Notes under the pieces: model-generated | The model's input: only the letters and a program-made list of their open reading frames with translations | Told to the model about the DNA's origin: nothing | Database searches by the model: none | In this document: positions 50,363 through 64,000 of the stretch, in pieces | Position numbering within the stretch: position 1 is the first letter of the stretch | Layout: each line of letters opens with the position of its first letter | Program-made: the position numbers and the translations under genes | NCBI RefSeq assembly: GCF_006345805.1 | Contig: NC_043001.1 | Span: 8,370,001 to 8,434,000, forward strand | Direction of reading: 5' to 3' | Origin: Octopus sinensis | Taxonomy: Eukaryota | Length of the DNA stretch: 64,000 nucleotides

Positions 50363-51534
50363 TTAATCCGTGATTTTTCCAGGTTATGCTATTATGCTAA
50401 TTAATGTGTCAAATGTGCCAATTAGCGGCGTCGTTGATAAGTTTTCCTTACTTCAATTAAAAATCCCCTTCTAAAACTATATTCACTTAAAAGTATAGAA
50501 CTGATCCTCAAATTTGAGAAACAAACTCATAACATTTTTTTCTTTTAAAACTTCATTGCATGAGATTGATACCATGAAATTCAACGAATTGAGGTCTATC
50601 ATATAAGCTTAATAAAAATATACCTTCATTTTAAAATAAAAATGTTAATTCATGTTAAATCCAAATTTTTGCCTTATAATTTCTTTCAGAATATTTTACT
50701 TCACAACTTTTTGAATACAAATTTTTGTTGCATGGGAATAAAACTATGAAATTCTTCATGCTGTCTTCTATCATTGAAGCTAAGATGAATATATGTTGCT
50801 TTTAAGATGAAAAAAAATTTTATTTAGATCTAAACATGTTTGGTGACGTTACTTATTCTCCTATAAATTTGCTACAAATTTTGATGTAAACTTTTTTCTA
50901 CTGGATCAAATCTCAATGTTTTTATGCCACTATGTAGCTAAGGATTAGTCCTCGTCAATCATGTTAACAGTTTCAATTTGGTTAAGAACTGAAATAGTGG
51001 GAAGCTCTGATGTATGCTGCGTGTGAGTAAATTGTGGCCTTAAAATTATTATTCAACTACAACCGTGAGCGACAACATTAGTGAGACACATCAAATCCAC
51101 TACCAACAGCGAAATATTCACTTATCGGAAATAAAATGTCAGGCTTTTACCTATAATCAATGAGTTATGACATAAACAGAAGCACGGGTAATCATTTGGA
51201 AATCAGATGCTCATACAAATACACGCACTCATATATCCACACACGCACGCATGCACATATACACTCACACACACACACACACACACACACGTCGATAAAT
51301 AGAGTGAGAGACACACCCGCCCACATAGCCATACATAAAAGCACACCCGCAGACATGTAATTCAGGTATAGAAAGGCCTCGAAATAATTTAAAGAAAAAA
51401 TAAATTTCAAAATGTTATTTGAATAGACACGTTGTACTTGCTGCTCTGAATTCCTTCACCCAAAATGTATCACTAACAAAGTCTGAATTGTTTTTGGAGT
51501 AAAATTAACCCACAAATATATATTAGTCACATAT

Positions 51535-51740
51535 TTTGGTGCGTGGCCAGCATATTCCGAGGGAGAGCTAAGTGGATTACATCCACTCTAGTGCTAAACA
51601 GCTACTAATTTTAATGACCCCGGAATGATTAAACGCGATGTTGACCTCGGTGGAATTTGAACTCAGAACGTAAAGAAGATTGAAATACCGCTAAGCATTA
51701 TGCCATGCGTGAGTACGTTTCCGCCAACTCTCCACCTTAT
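51535..51740 (-). mobile_element. SINE group 1, degenerate
   Basis: gacctcggtggaatttgaactcagaacgtaaa...gaaataccgctaagca. Confidence 0.75.
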
Positions 51741-54700
51741 CCACTGAACATATTTATATAACCCTAATTTTAACCATTACCTGGATGATTAGAAATTCAT
51801 TAAATAACATATTGAACGCGAATATCTTTAAAAGATTGAACATTAACATAGTTAAAATAATGTTGTCAAAATAACAGTGATTAGAAGAGTTGAATCGAAA
51901 GCATTCTGCGACTCATAGAGATTTAGTATTTGATTAATTCTCCAGAGTACTATCTACCATCAAAGCTTGCATAATTTCGTCGCTCATCTAAAACCTGTCT
52001 GACACAATTCTGATTCCTCTACTAAAAGTCAAAGACTGTCCTCTTTCTATATTCCAATTTATCTGCTTTGTGTGTCATGTTATTGCTGTTTGCTTCCTTT
52101 TGCTACCACTTTTTATTTAACCGTGGGATTATTTAATGTCAATTCGTTATATCATTTAATTATTTTCTGTTTCCTTTTTCACCTGTACATTTTTACGTGT
52201 CTGGTTTTATTTTTCCTCACTTTGGATTATGGTTCTATTGTATTGCTTCATTTTGAAGTTGTGACTTGTTAATTGTTGCTTTGAGACTAACGACCTCTCC
52301 TATTCATATTCCACACCTGCTAAATTCCTGTCTCTTTCCAATTTCCCTTCTGTGCTATTAATTAGTATTTATATATTTTCATTAAAAAATAATAAATTTA
52401 TTTTAATGACAGACCTTTTATAATCACAGACTGCAAAATAAAATTGGGAATTGGAATGGATCAGAAAGAAAAAAATATGACCTGAAGCATTCTTAAAAGT
52501 GTAAACATCGTCCAACAATGACAATCACAAGCGAAACATGCTTAGACGACATATGTTATATATTCATTTCAAATCTTGGCACATAGATGGTAATTTGTTG
52601 GCGGGAGGGGTGATTCGATTACATAAATGGTACTTTTTTATCGACCTCGAAAAAATAGAAGGCATAGTCGACTTTGGCAATAATTTAAGTCAACATGGAC
52701 AGATGGACGAAAGACGTGGAGGATTTTTTCCGATGGGCAATCCATTCGGACACGTCACCGCCCTACTCTAATGCTGCGTTGTAAAGGTACTTAACATGCT
52801 CCAATTTTCAATGAAAATTATAATTTGGAGCAAAGATAAAGAAAAGAAAATAATCATCTAGCAACTGGACAAAATGTTTTTGCTTTTTAATATGCAGTGG
52901 AATTGTTAATAGACAACATCCCGAAGTATTATGCCGAAGCACTTTGACACTTCTTAGTACACCGGAATAAAAAGAAACAAACGAAAGCTAAACATTTGCG
53001 TTGTACGTGTAAATGTGTGTGTGCGCGTGTATGTATCTGGGTGTGTTTGTGCTAACGTGCGTTTGTTAGAGTGTGTCTGTGTTATGCGTTTCAAAGGATA
53101 TATTTGTTCATTCGTGTTAATACGTGGCATTCAGAAAGCCTCTCTGCTCTAAGTATTTTATTGCAAAATAAATAGTTATAAGATGGAATAAGACTACAAA
53201 AGAATATATTAGACTTTACAAGATTTAAAAAAAAGACTTTATAAGAAGTGCTGAAAGTGTCGTCCTTCATTTTCAGTACATGAGTTGACTCTTCTACATA
53301 TGTTTTGAAAAACATGCACCGGATGAAAAACATTCACTGCGGAAAGACATTTTGACCACCCTGTATATTCCATCTTTGTAGCAAACATAAAAAACTATGA
53401 TGCCAACTGTTCTCTTTCCTGATATTAAAAAAGAAAAGTCATTAATTCTTCTTCATAATCCATGATTGTGACGTATTAATCCTGTTCTCCTAAAAAATAA
53501 CTTGGCACCTGTTTCTATATTTACGTCAGAGATTTTGAGTCTAATATTAAATCCGAAATTTACCTCACTAATAAATCACATTTAACGCATTTATATATAT
53601 TATAGTATATATTAAAATTCTTTTTTCTTTTTTTTTTATATTTAATTATTTCTGCGGACTTTTTCTTTGATTTCGTTGCCTACAAATGATTGAATATTTC
53701 ATGACTATTTCCCGCCTCTTCGTGCGTTTTTATATAGTTCACTGATCTAAAATCCTGACCATTCGAATGATCAATTCGTCTATTTTATTCCATTCTCGTA
53801 TTATATTCTTCCATGTTTATTGCATTAAATAAAGACGGATCGTTTTGATTATTTCAATAATTTTTTTGTATTTTATTTCAATAGTCTTTCTACCCTGACA
53901 TTAGTGGAATTGCGATGTATGATTAACAAGGATATGGTAAAACACGGTTTCTATGACATAAACCTGACTTCTGAGAATTGTATACCTTTTATCCTATAAA
54001 TGTTCATTCTTGTTTCTATGGGAATTATTCCTTAGATCTGGATTGTATTTGGCTATTGCTTCCAGCATTTTTTAATCGTAAACGAGAACCTATGTATTTG
54101 TATGATAACATTATAGTAGATTCATTTTAAATGTCTACAGCACTATGTTATGTTTTATTTCTATTTGCATTTATTATTTCCTAGCATGTATACTTGTTAA
54201 CATTTTACAAATAGTTTTATTTTCAATGGCGTTTATCTGCTCTCACGAGATATCGTTATAGTACTGGTGCGTGATGACTAAATTATGATGGAGTAGTGTG
54301 CGTGCACAACTGCTGCATATGCTTTCGTTTCGTCCCTGCTACTCGTTATTACGTTCTCTATCAGTATGTAGCCATCTCTGTTGTTTATAATAAAACTTTT
54401 CACTCATTTCCTTCTTTCTTATTCTTAAATGTGTTTCATGGGATTGTTGCATCAAATTCATACAACGTTGTTTCCTCGTAAAATATGCGCCAGGAGGCCT
54501 TGTTTGTCACGATGTTTCTCGAATTTACAATTATTGCGATGAATTTTTCTTTTATTGTTCAAACCATTTCACATTTAGTTTTCTTTCTATGTTTGAATTA
54601 AATTGCTGCATGTTATTGTTACATTTATGCCTTATTCTCAATCAAGATAAGGCATCAAAATATAATGACATGTCATTAGTGTTCAATGTCAATTCCGTCC

Positions 54701-55074
54701 TAATCCAACAGACCTATCACATATGTTGTCGATACAATTACAGTACAGTATTACGTGATTCATTGTTATATATAAGACATAACTATTTAGTTTGTTATTG
54801 TTTGCTTGTCCCTATGATCATAGACATAATATTTTTTTTCTATCCCTCTCCAACCTATTAGATCTATCGCTAAGATAATTGTCTACTGTTGGTGGTTTGA
54901 GGCATATATATCAAATATAAACCCAGTACTGCTCGACTATTAGTGCGTATTCTGTGAAAAGAGGGTAGGATATCAGTCCACTTGTTCCTTTTATTTTATC
55001 ATCTAAAATTTGTAAGTCACAAGGTTATGCCCTCGGAACACAGTCGTGAGAGAACAGTGGTTCCGAGTTGATAT

Positions 55075-55300
55075 CTATTTCTTTACTACCCACAAGGGGC
55101 TAAACACAGAGGGGAAAACAAAGACAGACAAACGGATTAAGTTGATTATATCGACATCAGTGCGTAACTGGTACTTATTTAATCGACCCCGAAAGGATGA
55201 AAGGCAAAGTCAACCTCAGCAGAATTTGGACTCAGAACGTAACGGCAGACGAAAAGGGGCTACGCATTTCGCCCGATGTGCTAACGTTTCTGCCAGCTCA
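55075..55300 (-). mobile_element. SINE group 1
   Basis: Colinear with 12405-12640. Confidence 0.9.
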
Positions 55301-55744
55301 CCGGCTTTTCCGGGTTGATATCATCGATATCTGGTACTCAATTATTCTTAGCGACAAGCATCTCATCGTATTTTGATCTTATCATGCAACTGGCGATTCT
55401 GGTTATGTTTCTGTACGTGTAGCATTTCAGCTTTTACACTGTGGAATACATAGAGATCTTAGTGTTATAGTTGCAATGTTGGACTATTTTGTAAAAGTCC
55501 GTGTGTGATGGAACGCGCTGTAATATCATAACCGGGTTCTCACTCCGTATGGTCGTCTCTTCATTTGAATTCTTTATTCCAAAACCTATATAGGCGAATA
55601 TACACTCTGTAGTTATGATATATGTACAGAATATTATGATGTAAAGTATACTAGATTTGATTTCATTTGCAGTGTATTGTATCGGATCGAGAGATGGAAT
55701 GGCTGGTGGGATGGATGTGAATGCAAATGGTGAGATACAGATCT

Positions 55745-55941
55745 ATATTTAAGAGGTGAGGAATTATGTACATTATTTACATTTGACGGATATTTGTCCT
55801 CATCTTATTTGTTGTTAACACGTTTCGGTTATTCCCTCCATCCTTCATCAGTTGTCTTGGGGAATTTTCGAACCTATGTTCTCATTTCTAAGCTATTTCT
55901 CGTTGTTGTTAATATTATTATTATTATTATTATTATTATTG

Positions 55942-55994
<53 letters not shown>

Positions 55995-56099
55995 ATTATT
56001 ATTATCATTATTATCATTATTATTGTTATTCAGGTCACTGCTTGGAATCGAACTCGGAATTTTGGGATTAGTAGCCCGTACTCTTAACCACTGCGCCAT
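55745..56099 (-). mobile_element. Family A element (tRNA head, TTA tract, decayed HHR at 55817-55856)
   Basis: Head atggcgcagtggttaagagtacgggctactaatccc...gagttcgattcc; HHR CTGATGA...CCGAAACG with a 3-nt deletion after the core. Confidence 0.9.
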
Positions 56100-56285
<186 letters not shown>

Positions 56286-56533
56286 TAGTAGTCTTATCAT
56301 TCAGTAGTCTTATTTTTATCACGTGTTTTCACTGCACTACTGAGTGCAGCTTTGTGTGACTGTGGTTTGCTGTGATGCTCTGATGGTTACTGTATTGAAA
56401 GTGTTTTGCGCAGGATGTGTGCGGCGCCTGGTAGTGGTATTTTCCCTATGTTATATATATTTGTGAGACGTGGTGTTTTCGTTACGTATTCGGCTGATTA
56501 ATATTATTATTATTATTATCATCATCATCATCA

Positions 56534-56582
<49 letters not shown>

Positions 56583-58689
56583 GGTACTTATTTTATCGAC
56601 CGCCAGAGGACGACTGTGATAACAAGAGTGATATGAGTGGAACGCAGGTGGGTGTTATTAGAATTTGTACGAACATCGGTGTTAATATTTTTTCTACGCA
56701 AAGTAATATTTGTACTACTGCTTCTCCGCTGCTACACTTTGCGTCTTTTAATTTTCTGAAGACACTTACAAGAAATTGAATCTGAAAATGATGAACAAGT
56801 GTAACTCAGATTGCATTAGATCATGTTGTATAAAGTAAATATACATTCAGTCCTTCATAATGTATTTGTACATTATTTAGTTTTCGAAATGTCGAAATCT
56901 CTTATCTGTAAGCCTTATTCCTAATGTCATATGCACTTTAGTACGATGTGAAGAATTTATAAAATACATATTTACGTATACTCTTCCACGTACGCATACA
57001 GTGTGCATGTGTGTGCTTACGTGTGTGTTTGTGTGTGTGTGTGAATGTATATTTTTTATGTACATATATGTGTGTGTATATGTACTTATAAATGTACAAG
57101 TATGCACAACATTTCTGAAAAAAAAACTGTTAGAGTATTGCCTATTTTGGATATGGTCAGCTCTTATGATTATATATATCCTTGCAGTGCTAAAATAACT
57201 ATATTCTATTAATTTTGTGCCACTGACAGCTAAACTTCCTCTTTTTCTAATCTTCGTAAAGTATAGAGGAGAGGAACTCATTCTAGCGTTTCTAGAACTT
57301 TTACGCTGCTCTACTTGACATACACGAAGTGCTGTTCCAAGAAGCAGTTATATTCACCAAACTAAAATACATAAATGCATTTATTCATTGTCGATGTTTC
57401 TCTTATCTTCTCTTCCACTGCAACACATTAAATAAATGGACACACATTTGTAATATAACATGCATATTTTATTATCTATATTTTCGATGTTGTATGTGAT
57501 AATAAGGAACTGCCCTATTTTCATGTAGTGGAAGTCCATCTGGAAGTAGCAATTACCGCCAGATCTTATGTGGTTGCATTGGTTCTTTAACGCTGGCTTC
57601 TCCATTTAATGGAAGCAAGAAAATAAATGCCTTTAGCATATTATCATGTGCGCGCATTAATGCTTGAGCACGTTAGCCATACATGCTGATAGTGGTGAAT
57701 ATCTGTGTATCATTTTTTTCATGGTTCATATCAACAACGTTTCCTCTAGTATCGGACGCGAACACAAGATTACTTCTAGTATGTGCAAGTTTTAAGTTGT
57801 ATATATTGTTTATGTTTATTTTCACTGCTATTTTTGTATTACACACGTGTATTTAGTTAATTTTGTTGTCTTTCTTCGTTTCGTAAAATAGTTATACCCA
57901 GAAGGGGAACTGCATATTAAATAATGCCGCTAGGTTCTAAATTGTTAAATTATTTTATGACTTAAACTAGGCCATTGTGTTTGACATCATAACATCGGCA
58001 ATAATGAAAATAAATTTTGCCTCCAGTAATACAACAGAAAAATAATAATAGTTTTAAAACATGCTAAGGTCGTTAAAGTCAATTATTCCAAGAATACATG
58101 TTAACGAACGACGGCAAATAATTAGGTACACGTACACAACCAGAACTACACAAACAAGCACTCACATACACAGACAAATATATTCATACATACATGCATA
58201 CATTCACACATGCATACAAACGCATACATACACACGCTTACATACATATACGCGGATGTGTTCTTTCTTAAATACCAGTTTGTCATTTTAGTTTAGCTTC
58301 GGGCGTTAGATCTTTAAATGATATTGTCCTACCTAATTTCATTGGTAAAATTATTCATTTCGGCTGCGTAAACAGCTTTGGGATTACATTTATGCACAAT
58401 GTATAGATTAATAAATTTCATTATTTGTGGCTGAATGAATGTGGATCATTATATAGATGTTAACCCTGCAAATTTTGTAATAAACATGAACTGATTCTCA
58501 TAGCATAAATATATGTTGTGTTATTAATTATTGAATAATTTCAATCACAGAAAACTGATTTACTATTTCCATCTATCAATAATCAAAAGTTTGTATACAT
58601 AGATAACAGCAACCGACGCTGCATTTCTGTCCGTTCTTTCATTTTGAGGTGAATACATTTTTACTCGAGAAAATCGAACCCAGAACTTA

Positions 58690-59005
58690 TTTTTTGTAAG
58701 CCTAGTACTTATTCTATCGGACTCTTTTGCCGAACCGCGAAATTACGGAGACGTAAACATATCACCATCGGTTGTCAAGCCATGTGTGGGGGACAAACAC
58801 AGACCCACAAACATATACACGCACATTCATATATACACACTTATATACGACGGGCTTCTTTCAGTTTCCGTCTACCAAATCCATTCACAATGCTTTGGTC
58901 GGCCCGAGGCTATAGCAGAAGACACCCAATGTGCTACGTAGTGGGAATGAACCAGGAACCATGAGGTTAGTAAGCAAACTACATACCACACAGCCACTCC
59001 TGCAC
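58690..59005 (-). mobile_element. SINE group 2
   Basis: Colinear with 14794-15282. Confidence 0.85.
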
Positions 59006-59103
59006 CTATATATATATATATATTATATATATATATATATATTTGTTTTGGCATATCTGGCATTAGAATATTTCTTCTGCCCTTATTTTGTAATTATGTA
59101 TAT

Positions 59104-59137
<34 letters not shown>

Positions 59138-59225
59138 AAGAGGGAGAGAGAAAGACAGAGAAAGAGAGAAGGTATTAGTTCTAAATTTCTGATCGGGAAA
59201 GCACAGTACGATAGAGTAAAGATTC

Positions 59226-59478
59226 TTAGGACAAATTTTGCTGTTATTTAGCCACAGGACAACAAAGTCTGCAACTGGCTATCGGCGCACTAACTTCGTC
59301 TTTCTATTTTCTAACAGGGGAGCTAGCGTCCCCACTCAGCTCAAAGCAATATCTGTGTACCAGTTGAGTGGGCACGCTAGCTCCCTTGTTAGAAAATATA
59401 AGGACGCAGCTAGTGCGATGATAGCCAGCTGGTGACCTTGTATTCCTGGGGATAAATAACAGCAACATTGGTCCTAAT
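59226..59478. mobile_element. ~250-bp foldback/MITE with ~115-bp arms and a ~20-nt loop
   Basis: tattttctaacaggggagctagcgtcccactcagct versus agttgagtgggcacgctagctcccttgttagaaaata; outer ttaggac...gctgttattta versus taaataacagc...gtcctaa. Confidence 0.85.
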
Positions 59479-59734
59479 CACGACTGTCACTTTACGTTGG
59501 CAAATAAACTTTACTCTCTCTCTCTCTCTCTTTCTTTCTCTTACTCTCTCTCTATACATAATATATATATATATGTATGAGTGTATGTGAGTGTGTGTAC
59601 ATATATATGTGTGTTTGTATGTGTATGTATATATATACACGCTGCGCATGCGCAAACACATTCTGCCCTACCTTTTACAGTCCTAATTCTTCAGTTATCT
59701 GATACATTGACGACATATTCTTTTATTCTTTCAT

Positions 59735-59925
59735 TTGCTTCAGTCATTTGAATGTGGCCATGCTAGAGAAACGCCTAAAAGTGTTTTAGTCGAATAAATT
59801 GATCCCGGAACTTATTCTTTGTAAGGCTATTACTTTTCTATCGGTCTCTTTTGCCAGTCCGCTATATTACGGGAAGCTAAACACATTAGCATCGGTTGTC
59901 AAACGTTGGTGACATAAACATATAC
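59735..59925 (-). mobile_element. SINE group 2, 3' half
   Basis: cagtcatttga...ggccatgctaga...cttattctttgtaagg...gcatcggttgtcaa. Confidence 0.8.
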
Positions 59926-59930
59926 ACATG

Positions 59931-60004
<74 letters not shown>

Positions 60005-61371
60005 TGTGTGCTTATCCAATGAAAAGAAGAGACAAAGAAAATTCTTTAACACATCTTTTATCATAAGTTACACATTTTTCCGTACCATCTCTATTTACAA
60101 TGCCAGTTGACGCGAAATTTCTAAAAGAGAAATTACATAAATTTGCGGTTTTTATGCATTGAAGAGGCAGTTTCTTAGACTTGCCTGAAAGGCGTGCTAT
60201 TACATCCTGTTTCTATCAGACATTGCTGTTTGGGAAGTACCGTGAGGAAATTAAAAAGAAAATATCAGAATATATTAGAAATATGTATATATGTTTGCGT
60301 AAGTGTAATCTTACACTAGGTGTGAGTGCACGCGCGTATGTGTGTACATATTTATAATAGTAACATTTTGCCTTGTGACAGATACATCAGTCTGATATTG
60401 TCTCCTCAGGGCAAAATATCGATGTAACTCTCAGTATTTTCCTTGTAAATATAAACGTAATAAAGTAAATACATATATCAAGCGGTTCTTCAGTTAATGT
60501 TTTATAGCATAGATCACAGTATATGCATCAAAATAACAGACCTTCATTTGTTGGTGTATGGAAATATATCCGAATAAATAATTTTGGAGCGAAAGTGTTT
60601 GTTTTTTTTTGTTTTTTCTATACGGCACCCAGTTGCCAATCCTATAAATAATAATAATGGAATGTTTGTATAAGCTTAAAGCGATCACAGTGCAATGACT
60701 AAGAAAAAATAGTTTAATAAAGATGTGTATAAGCCCTTGACAGAAAAAAAGGCTTTCCTATCGGCGCGTGAGTCGAATCCACATCCCTTTGTTAACGCGA
60801 TTAAGAATGTTACTTTTACTCCAATGAATCAGCACCCTCATTTTTTCAAATTTAAGAACTATAATAGTCCGAGTTTGTTTTTATGTAAACACGCATTCTA
60901 TATGCTTTCGGTTCGAATGGATTTTATACTGCGCCGTGTTTACAGTCTTGTAAATAATAATAATAATAATAATGGTATTTTATGTAAGCTTAATGCTTAT
61001 GGCGATCTCCGTGTGATTACTAATCAAAATAGTCTAATAAAGCTGCATATAAACCCCCGACAGAAAAAAAAAGAATATATAAACTTGTTTCTGTCTGTAT
61101 GTGACAGTCTAGGGAGTCTTAGAATATAGGAATCTAGGACGAAATATACACGCGGTTTTCTATATACTTCGGTGTATACGAAGACATGCTGAAACACACT
61201 AACAGCAAATTTTAATTTTCCATTTCTCTGATAATAATCGAAGGAAATCAAACTAAATTTATACGCAATAAAAAATATGATGCATGCAAACATTGAACAT
61301 TTTGGAACTCAAAACAGTAAAAATTTTGTAAGATATGAATAAAATATAGATTTTAGAATGATACAAATATA

Positions 61372-62577
61372 TGTACACCCTAAATTTTTATTTACTATAT
61401 TCAATATTTGGTGTGACTACTCTTGCTTTCAATGACTGCATTAAGTCTTCTGGGCATTAAGTTGACTAACTTTTGGTGTATAACTGATGAAATCGACCTC
61501 CGTTTATCCTGAGTGATGTCTTTCAACTCATTGTGAGATCTTTTCTCCTTATCCTTCTTTTTCAAAGCACCCTGCAGATGTTCTATTGGGTTTAAATCAT
61601 CTGACATGGTAGGCCACGGCAATACCTTCAATTTTTATCAGAGAAAAAGTTAGACGCCATCTTTGAAGTGTATTTATAGTAATAATCAAGTTGGAAAATG
61701 GAATGTCTTCCTCGTTACTTGATGCTGTTCAACATTATTTTCTGCAATATGTCACAATAAAGCCTTATTCCATTGTTCTATCAGTAAATATGAGTCCCCT
61801 TACACCAGCCGCTCTCAGGCATCCTTAAAGCATAACACTTCCGTCGTCTTTTTTCACTGTACGTATGGTGCATTTGTCGCTCTTTTCGTCACCTGGTCTT
61901 TGTCATACTCGTATAGTGCCATCTGACACAAACAAGTTAAATTTAGTATCCTCAGAAAAGAAGAATTTTATTCCAAAGCTTTTCCCTCTTACATGGGTTT
62001 CGGCAAAAGAAAGACGTCTTGATTTATGCCTGGTAGTGAGCAATGCGTCCAGGAAGACCACTCTTGTTCAAATTCCAGGTAACTCTCTGGGCGGATAAAC
62101 TCGTTCCACTAACAGAAGACATGTCTTGGGCCAAACATGAAGCGATACGACACCTGTCGTCCTTTATACAACGTTGGATTTGGCGAATATCATTCGCAGT
62201 GGAAATAGAGGGATGACATGGACAATGTTTATTGCTTAGACGTCCAGCAGTTTTGCACTTCTGAATCGCTTTGGCAACCGTGTTTACAATAATATGTATC
62301 TGTTTGCTACTTGACTTGTATCCTAAACCATTCGTGTGCAATTTAAAAATAATTTTCTGCGAATCTTCAGACATCTCGTTTCCTGTTGTTACCGGTTTCC
62401 TCACAAGGAAGACGACTTTCACCACAGTACGCAGAATCCCTGCAGATGAAATAACATTGACAAGTGTAAAAATGCCAGCAGAAATAATTTATAAAAATTA
62501 AAGTTATTATCAGTATCTGAATTTAGTAAGAAAAGTGGATAAATCTTGGAAATACCACATTTCCTTTACGGTGTACA
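61372..62577 (-). mobile_element. Near full-length Tc1 (DD34E-type) transposon, pseudogenised
   Basis: HTH region (ORF 62024-62425), FSEDTKFNLF, GSVML*GC, WPTMSDDLNPIEHL, LVNLMPRRLNAVIESKSSHTKY*; short inverted termini tatgtacaccctaaa / tttacggtgtacata. Confidence 0.88.
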
Positions 62578-62851
62578 TAATTTTGTAAACTTTGGAAATT
62601 AATCGTTCGTTCATTTTCTTGTTTTTTGTTTTTTTTTGGAAATGCTTATTGTTAAGTGTTCGAAATTCGTATAATCTTTGCATGTATAATATATTTTATT
62701 CAGCATAAATTTCGTTTTGATTCCCTTCGATATTATCTGAGTAACGGGAATTTTACTGAAATTTTTTAGAGTTATTCATATTTCTATGAAATTATGTGTG
62801 TATATGTATGTATGTATATATATTTATATCGAGAGAGAGCGAAAGTGATAG

Positions 62852-62884
<33 letters not shown>

Positions 62885-62903
<19 letters not shown>

Positions 62904-63068
62904 GGGGAGAAGGCTGGATTGTGTGTATGTGTATGTGTGGAAGTGTGTGTGTGCGCATAAGATTGTGTGAGAGGTGAGGGAGAGAGAGAGACATGGGGAG
63001 AAGGATGGATTGTGTGTATGTGTGTGTAAGTGTGTGTGTGCGCATAAGATGGTGTGAGAGGTGAGAGG
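62885..63068. repeat. ~90-bp tandem duplication with GA/TG microsatellite
   Basis: gagagacatggggagaagg(c/a)tggattgtgtgtatgtg...gcgcataagat...gagaggtgag occurs twice. Confidence 0.9.
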
Positions 63069-63670
63069 CGACAGCTGGACGGACTGAAAGTTAGAATTAG
63101 TCAAGATATTTATATGTTTACAAGAAAAGTGTCTGTTTAAGATCAACATTTTATTGAATTCCTGTTTTCAGAACCTCAATTGTTTTTGCTTGAATATCTC
63201 ATTAAACTTTCTCTAGAAACTAAACTAAGAATAATATGTTGCCATGACATAGCTACGTTTATCAGAAAAGTATTGAATTGTAAGCTTAAGTCAATTGAAC
63301 GCGGATTTTCCTATAATAACTTAAATTACTGCCAGCAAACTTCCAATTATTTGGCCGTGTCAATTATTTCTTTGAGATTAACCGATAGCTGTCTTAATAC
63401 AAAACCTGCTTAACTTTCGAAGATTCCTATTGAATAAAGAATGAAATAATTCGTTTTATAAACTTCTATGATCGCCTACAACGCATATGAACGGAGTTAA
63501 TTTGATGTCTCTCGGAGCAATTCTTAGATGCATATAACAAGTGCACGCTTTTGACACCATATTGGACATTTCACTGTGCCGCATCATAATTATTATAACC
63601 GTTAGCAAATTAGTCATTCATCCATTTTATTTTTCCAGCAGTCCAAAGCCTTCTGATCTTCTCAAATCAG

Positions 63671-63903
63671 AATGCTTTACAATGAAGTAAATAGGAGCGT
63701 TATTGACGAAAGATTTCATGGTACCGTCAGTGTAGAATTATTACTCGACAAGGAGGCTATTTGCATGATTGGAGATTCGTTTGCAATGTGTTCGATGTGG
63801 AATGGTTGTCGGTGCGAATTATCCACTACAGATAGGCACAAGCAACGTAGAAGTGTGCTTCTATCATCTGTAGAAAATAAAGCTTTGCTACACATAACCA
63901 TAG
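63671..63903 (+). CDS. Possible coding exon, unknown product
   Basis: Only one frame is open up to a strong donor TAG|GTATGT (63903/63904); possible acceptor tcag| at 63670; higher complexity than its flanks. Confidence 0.25.
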
Positions 63904-64000
63904 GTATGTATATTGCGTTGAATGAACTTCGTCATTGCAGTTACTAATTTCAGATTTAAGTAACAAGAGCTATATCATTATTCAATTTATATATATATGT

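Overview
AT-rich, microsatellite-dense eukaryotic genomic DNA that looks intronic or intergenic. The SINE and microsatellite complement resembles octopod cephalopod DNA; this is inference from memory, not a database result. There is no complete protein-coding gene, rRNA, true tRNA or CRISPR array, and nearly all entries in the ORF track are translated microsatellites or transposon debris. The window holds fragments of RTE, CR1/L2-like, R4/Dong-like and HERO-like LINEs, a Helitron helicase relic, Tc1/mariner relics, foldback/MITE-like elements and three tRNA-SINE groups. The most notable content is an unusual density of Penelope-like element (PLE) remnants carrying hammerhead ribozyme (HHR) motifs from at least four sequence families. 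(i) A 3.6-kb RT plus GIY-YIG PLE at 40163-43811 has ~467-bp inverted pseudo-LTRs, each with an intact-core HHR. (ii) A PLE family at 523-1450, 2514-3330, 10215-11602 and 55745-56285 has a 3' region made of a tRNA-like Pol III head, an (AAT)n tract and a minimal palindromic HHR. (iii) A minimal HHR at 16948-16983 has a non-canonical CUGUUGA core. (iv) A decayed HHR lies at 46670-46704. These elements repeatedly occur as inverted pairs with their 3' ends pointing outward. The best host-gene signal is a splice-site-flanked 234-bp candidate exon encoding (AVVPQD)n at 26030-26263. All alignments and RNA folds were done by eye; degenerate-element boundaries are approximate (about +/-10-30 bp).
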